A stretch of 63,399 nucleotides of DNA, filler included, from Dimorphilus gyrociliatus (lineage: Eukaryota; Animalia; Annelida), in NCBI GenBank assembly GCA_904063045.1. It is 4 parts of 4 records of this genome, joined end to end, with 100 filler letters (N's around TTAATTAATTAA, not from the genome) between each part and the next. Parts side by side here need not be neighbours in the genome. Positions count along the whole stretch, not along the records: positions 59,575 to 63,399 come from CAJFCJ010000335.1; 3 more parts are not named here. One strand, written 5' to 3'. This document shows positions 59,682-63,399 of the stretch, in pieces; positions within the stretch are counted from its first letter, which is position 1; each line of letters opens with the position of its first letter. A program made the translations under genes and the position numbers. The notes beneath the pieces are model-generated. The model was not told the DNA's origin. It made no database searches and was given only the letters and a program-made list of their open reading frames with translations.

Positions 59682-61588
59682 TGTTGTATACCATTAAGTT
59701 GCATGATTCATTGTGCAACTACCAATTTACCATAGAATTTACAAAAAATAATTATTTTAACCCCTATTTTACATTTTTAGTTGTATATCATTGCGTTGCG
59801 CACCAAATTAGTTAAAATTTTTTTTTAATAAATAGGAATTTTTAGTTAAATTTTTTTTTCATGCAGCACTGATTCATTGTGCAACTACCAAGTTAGTAGG
59901 GGTATAATCCCCTTTAAATTAAGCAGAAAAATTAGTTTTTATAAGTTTTTTAATATAAACTTGAATTTTAATAATATAAAACATTTTTAATTCAACATTT
60001 TAAATAAAAACCTTTAATTTTGAATATTTCTTGCGACATATCTCTTTAGTCTATTAATATTAACAGAACTTTCATTTCCATCGTCTGAAACTATAGTACA
60101 TACACTATCTCTAATTGATGTTATAGTATATATTTCGGCAAAATATAGAAAATCTAAATCATTTCTACGAGTTTGTACGTTCATATCAAAATCTTTTGAA
60201 AGTAAAACTCTTTCTCCTATCTGAACCTGTCTTTGTGTTATTCTAGTGTTATGTTCATTTACAAATTTAGTAGTATAATTGATTATGTTATTCCTCACAT
60301 CACATCTTTCTAAGTTTGCTTGAATACTAGATATGTTTTGGGTATTTATTGCTCCTTTATAGATAAAAAATGGTGTATATCTAGTGGCTCTATGCCTCGA
60401 ATTGTTATACTCGAAAATAAGTTTTTTTAATTTATTTATATATCGATTACTATTAGCTGCAATGAGCTACGAATTTTATCTTTAATTGTTCTGTTAAATC
60501 GCTCGATTTGGCCTTGTGATTGAGGATGTCTAGGCCTTCCATGAATAATTTGAATTCCCCATTCATTGCATATGTTCATAACTTCTTGGTTTACGAACTC
60601 TCTTCCATTGTCTGTGTGCAATATGTCAAATTTTCCTTCACTATATAAAAAATTATTTAAAATCTCAGAAAATGTTCTCGCTGTTTTATCTTTAGCTGGA
60701 AATGAGAATGCATATTTACTAAAAGTTTCTATAAAATTAAAACAAATATCTATATCCATCATTATCGTTTCTATATCTTGATAGATCCACCAAATCAACC
60801 ATAATTCTTTGTCTAAAATAGTCGGGGATTATGGGTGTTATTATCTGGTCAGTATTTGTACGTCTTATACGTTGGCATCTCTCGCAAGATGCAACGAATC
60901 TTCTAATATCATCACTTTTTATGCCTATGTAAGAAAGGCTCAGATTGTTTCTGATAGATGTAATTCCAGAATGACCATCACCGTGGGCCCTGTGAATTAT
61001 TTCTGTTACTCTAATAATATCATAAGATGGGATTATTTCCTTGTTTGTATTTCCTTTTGTATAAAACAATTTGCCACCAACATATCTTAGGTATTTAACT
61101 TTTCTTAAGAAACTATATCTTTTATTTCTATCACTAAAATTTGGTATATTTCCATTCCTTAAATAACATACTATTTGATCTCTTTCTTCAATTGAGTTGA
61201 TTGTAATATTTTTTACCATTATGGATAATGAATTAAAATTTTATTAAAACTTATGAAGGTTTTTATTTAAAATGTTGAATTAAAAATGTTTTATATTATT
61301 AAAATTCAAGTTTATATTAAAAAACTTATAAAAACTAATTTTTCTGCTTAATTTAAAGGGGATTATACCCCTACTAACTTGGTAGTTGCACAATGAATCA
61401 GTGCTGCATGAAAAAAAAATTTAACTAAAAATTCCTATTTATTAAAAAAAAATTTTAACTAATTTGGTGCGCAACGCAATGATATACAACTAAAAATGTA
61501 AAATAGGGGTTAAAATAATTATTTTTTGTAAATTCTATGGTAAATTGGTAGTTGCACAATGAATCATGCAGCACAATGATATACAACA
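59682..61588 (-). mobile_element. Ginger-type DNA transposon (retroviral-like integrase, ~333-bp TIRs, 5-bp TSD TTTAA)
   Basis: TGTTGTATA..TATACAACA termini; near-perfect inverted repeats 59682-60014 and 61256-61588; TTTAA at 59677-59681 and 61589-61593. Confidence 0.88.
60014..61219 (-). CDS. Integrase-like transposase (~400 aa, two 1-nt frameshifts)
   Basis: HRAHGDGH..CERC (HHCC), IMVDLVD, LHTDNGREF, HPQSQGQIERFN (DDE), VNINRLKRY. Confidence 0.9.
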
Positions 61589-61689
61589 TTTAATATAAGT
61601 TTATACAAATACTAACAAATGTTTTATTTTTTCATCTACTATTATAATTGATTCTATAAAAACAATATTTTATTTCATAAAAAAGTGGT

Positions 61690-62621
61690 TGAATTAATTT
61701 AGTATCTTTTTTTAGCTTCGTATAATGCTTCTTATCTTCTTTGTATAAGCTTAACAAGCTTTTTCTATGCTTAAATAAATGTATTATAATAAATGTTTTT
61801 ACAACTTCAGAGACTTTATGTTATGTTAATGGTAATACACCTATTTCGTTTTCTTTAAATAGCTGGAGTTTACTCCTTAATGAATACTTAGGATAGTTGT
61901 CCTACTGGAAGACAAAACTAGTAGGAAGATTTGGAGTATCCTTTTGTCAATATACTATTAATATGTGTTTTCAAATACATTCATAAGACATTATACTACC
62001 TCTTCCATGCTTGACAGTTGGTATGCAATTCTTTTATTCACGAGATTGTACATACTATAGCTCTACCATTGCTTGTAAATAGGCTAAATTTACATACGTT
62101 TGTAAACATAACTTGTCTCTTGATTTGTTGTATCTCTCAATAACGTTTTTTTTTGTTAGACCTAAATCATATAGAATTTTTCTTATATAGACAGTTTATT
62201 ATATAATCTGTTTATTATATAGACAGTTTCTTATATAGACAGTTTCTTATATAATCTGTTTATTATATAGACAGTTTCTTATATAGACAGTTTATTATAT
62301 AATCTGTTTATTATATAGACAGTTTCTTATATAGACAGTTTATTATTGTTTGTAAACATACTCGTTTAACTGTCTTTGTATTTAACTTTTTGCCCATTTT
62401 GTCGCTGATATTTTAGGTGATTTATCAAATTCTGATAAAATTAAGGCTTTATCTATATTATTAAGAGACATTCGTTTTCCAGAGCCAACTTTCCTCTTTA
62501 TATTACCTTGTATAATTTTGGTGACTGTTGACTTTCCTATTTCTGTTTTTTTAGAAATTTTTTAAATGGAAACCCCTTGCTTAAAAAGAGAAATAATCTT
62601 ACCTGATATTAAAAGGGTCAT
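61690..62621 (-). mobile_element. Decayed Tc1-like transposase interrupted by a minisatellite
   Basis: HTH (ISKKTEIGKSTVTKII..GSGKR), KHGRGSIM, FQ*DNYPK fragments. Confidence 0.65.
62181..62346. repeat. Minisatellite of 16-18-bp units (ATATAGACAGTTT(A/C)TTAT / ATAATCTGTTTATTAT)
   Basis: Read directly. Confidence 0.9.
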
Positions 62622-62949
62622 TTTGTTATACATAAGGAGTTCTAAAATAATAATTTATATATATACCAATAAATTTCCATTCAGGCTGTCTGATTTTTTT
62701 TTAGTTTTTTTTATTAGATAAAAGTATGATTTAATGCTTAATAACGTTTTATAGAATCAACCTTTTTTTCTAATTTTTTTATTAAATGAAAAATAAAGTA
62801 TTTATTAATATTTGGGTAAAATTTGCTTTCAGGGCCCCCTTAAAAATAAATATTTAGAGAAAAATAAATATTAGAGAAAAGATAAATAGACAGTTTCTTT
62901 TAAAATAAATTTTTATTAATTTTTATCCGCGCAAAAACTTCCATAAATG

Positions 62950-63399
62950 GATTTTCTTTTTTAGAAATAAATAATCTTTTATATGTTCACTTAAATTATT
63001 TTTATATTATTTCCTCTCGTTTTTAAGTAGTGTTTCAACCACTTCCATTGATTTTCTATATTTTGAGTGTGAACTTCTGGTATAATTTTATCTTTAAATG
63101 TATCTTTATGTTTTGTCGTGAAATGTCCATACTCATATAATTTAATATCACAATATCCTTTCCATTCATCTGTAATGATTACAGAATAATCTTTTACATT
63201 TATATTGATAATATTTTGGAGTGTTTTTTTTATCTCTTCTCATTGCAACTTAAAAAAAACACTCTTTTGTCGATCTAAATAGTCCCCCAACTACCCAAAA
63301 TTGTTTATTACACTTTCCTATTTACTAACTGCATTTTCATTAATTTCTACTACCTTTCCATCACCTCCTATTTTAGTCAAATGATCTAACCCAGTTTCG
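62950..63399 (-). mobile_element. Decayed Merlin (IS1595/ISXO2-like) transposase, running off the window
   Basis: KIGGDGKVVEINE, FWVVGG, IITDEWKGY, EVHTQNIENQWKWLK with frameshifts. Confidence 0.8.

Noticed and set aside
59682-61588. Polinton or LTR-retrotransposon interpretation of the integrase
   Set aside because: Only 1.9 kb between inverted termini, with no polymerase, RT or direct repeats
1-63399. tRNA or rRNA genes
   Set aside because: None recognised; the only tRNA-like stretch is the 18-nt PBS

Overview
AT-rich eukaryotic (invertebrate, probably spiralian; introns about 50-60 nt) DNA. The window is four unlinked contigs joined by three artificial 100-bp linkers (44N-TTAATTAATTAA-44N) at 28620, 47295 and 59475. 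Contig 1 (1-28619): a near-intact Ty3/Gypsy LTR element, RING-LRR and LRR genes, a secreted chitin-binding/TSP1/C1q gene, a GRL101-like LDLa-LRR-7TM receptor with SRCR/lectin-like upstream exons, and two Tc1 elements. Contig 2 (28720-47294) is the main signal: a head-to-tail chain of Penelope-like retroelements with all hallmarks of a chromosome end. It has two diverged RT ORFs ending in a degenerate GIY-YIG domain, SGNH/GDSL-like accessory ORFs, three families of tandem hammerhead-ribozyme units (839, 606 and ~592 bp; 9 ribozymes), and mixed CCCTAA/CCTAA telomeric tracts at every 3' junction and at the 5' truncation points. This resembles bdelloid Terminons/Athena but seems to derive from an endonuclease-bearing lineage. 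Contig 3: two MULE transposons, a fucolectin-type domain, a GPCR, and a multiply deleted Gypsy copy with an env-like ORF. Contig 4: a Ginger-type integrase transposon with 333-bp TIRs, plus decayed Tc1 and Merlin. Many frameshifts are single-base homopolymer indels and probably sequencing errors. All domain calls are by-eye motif recognition; no searches were run.
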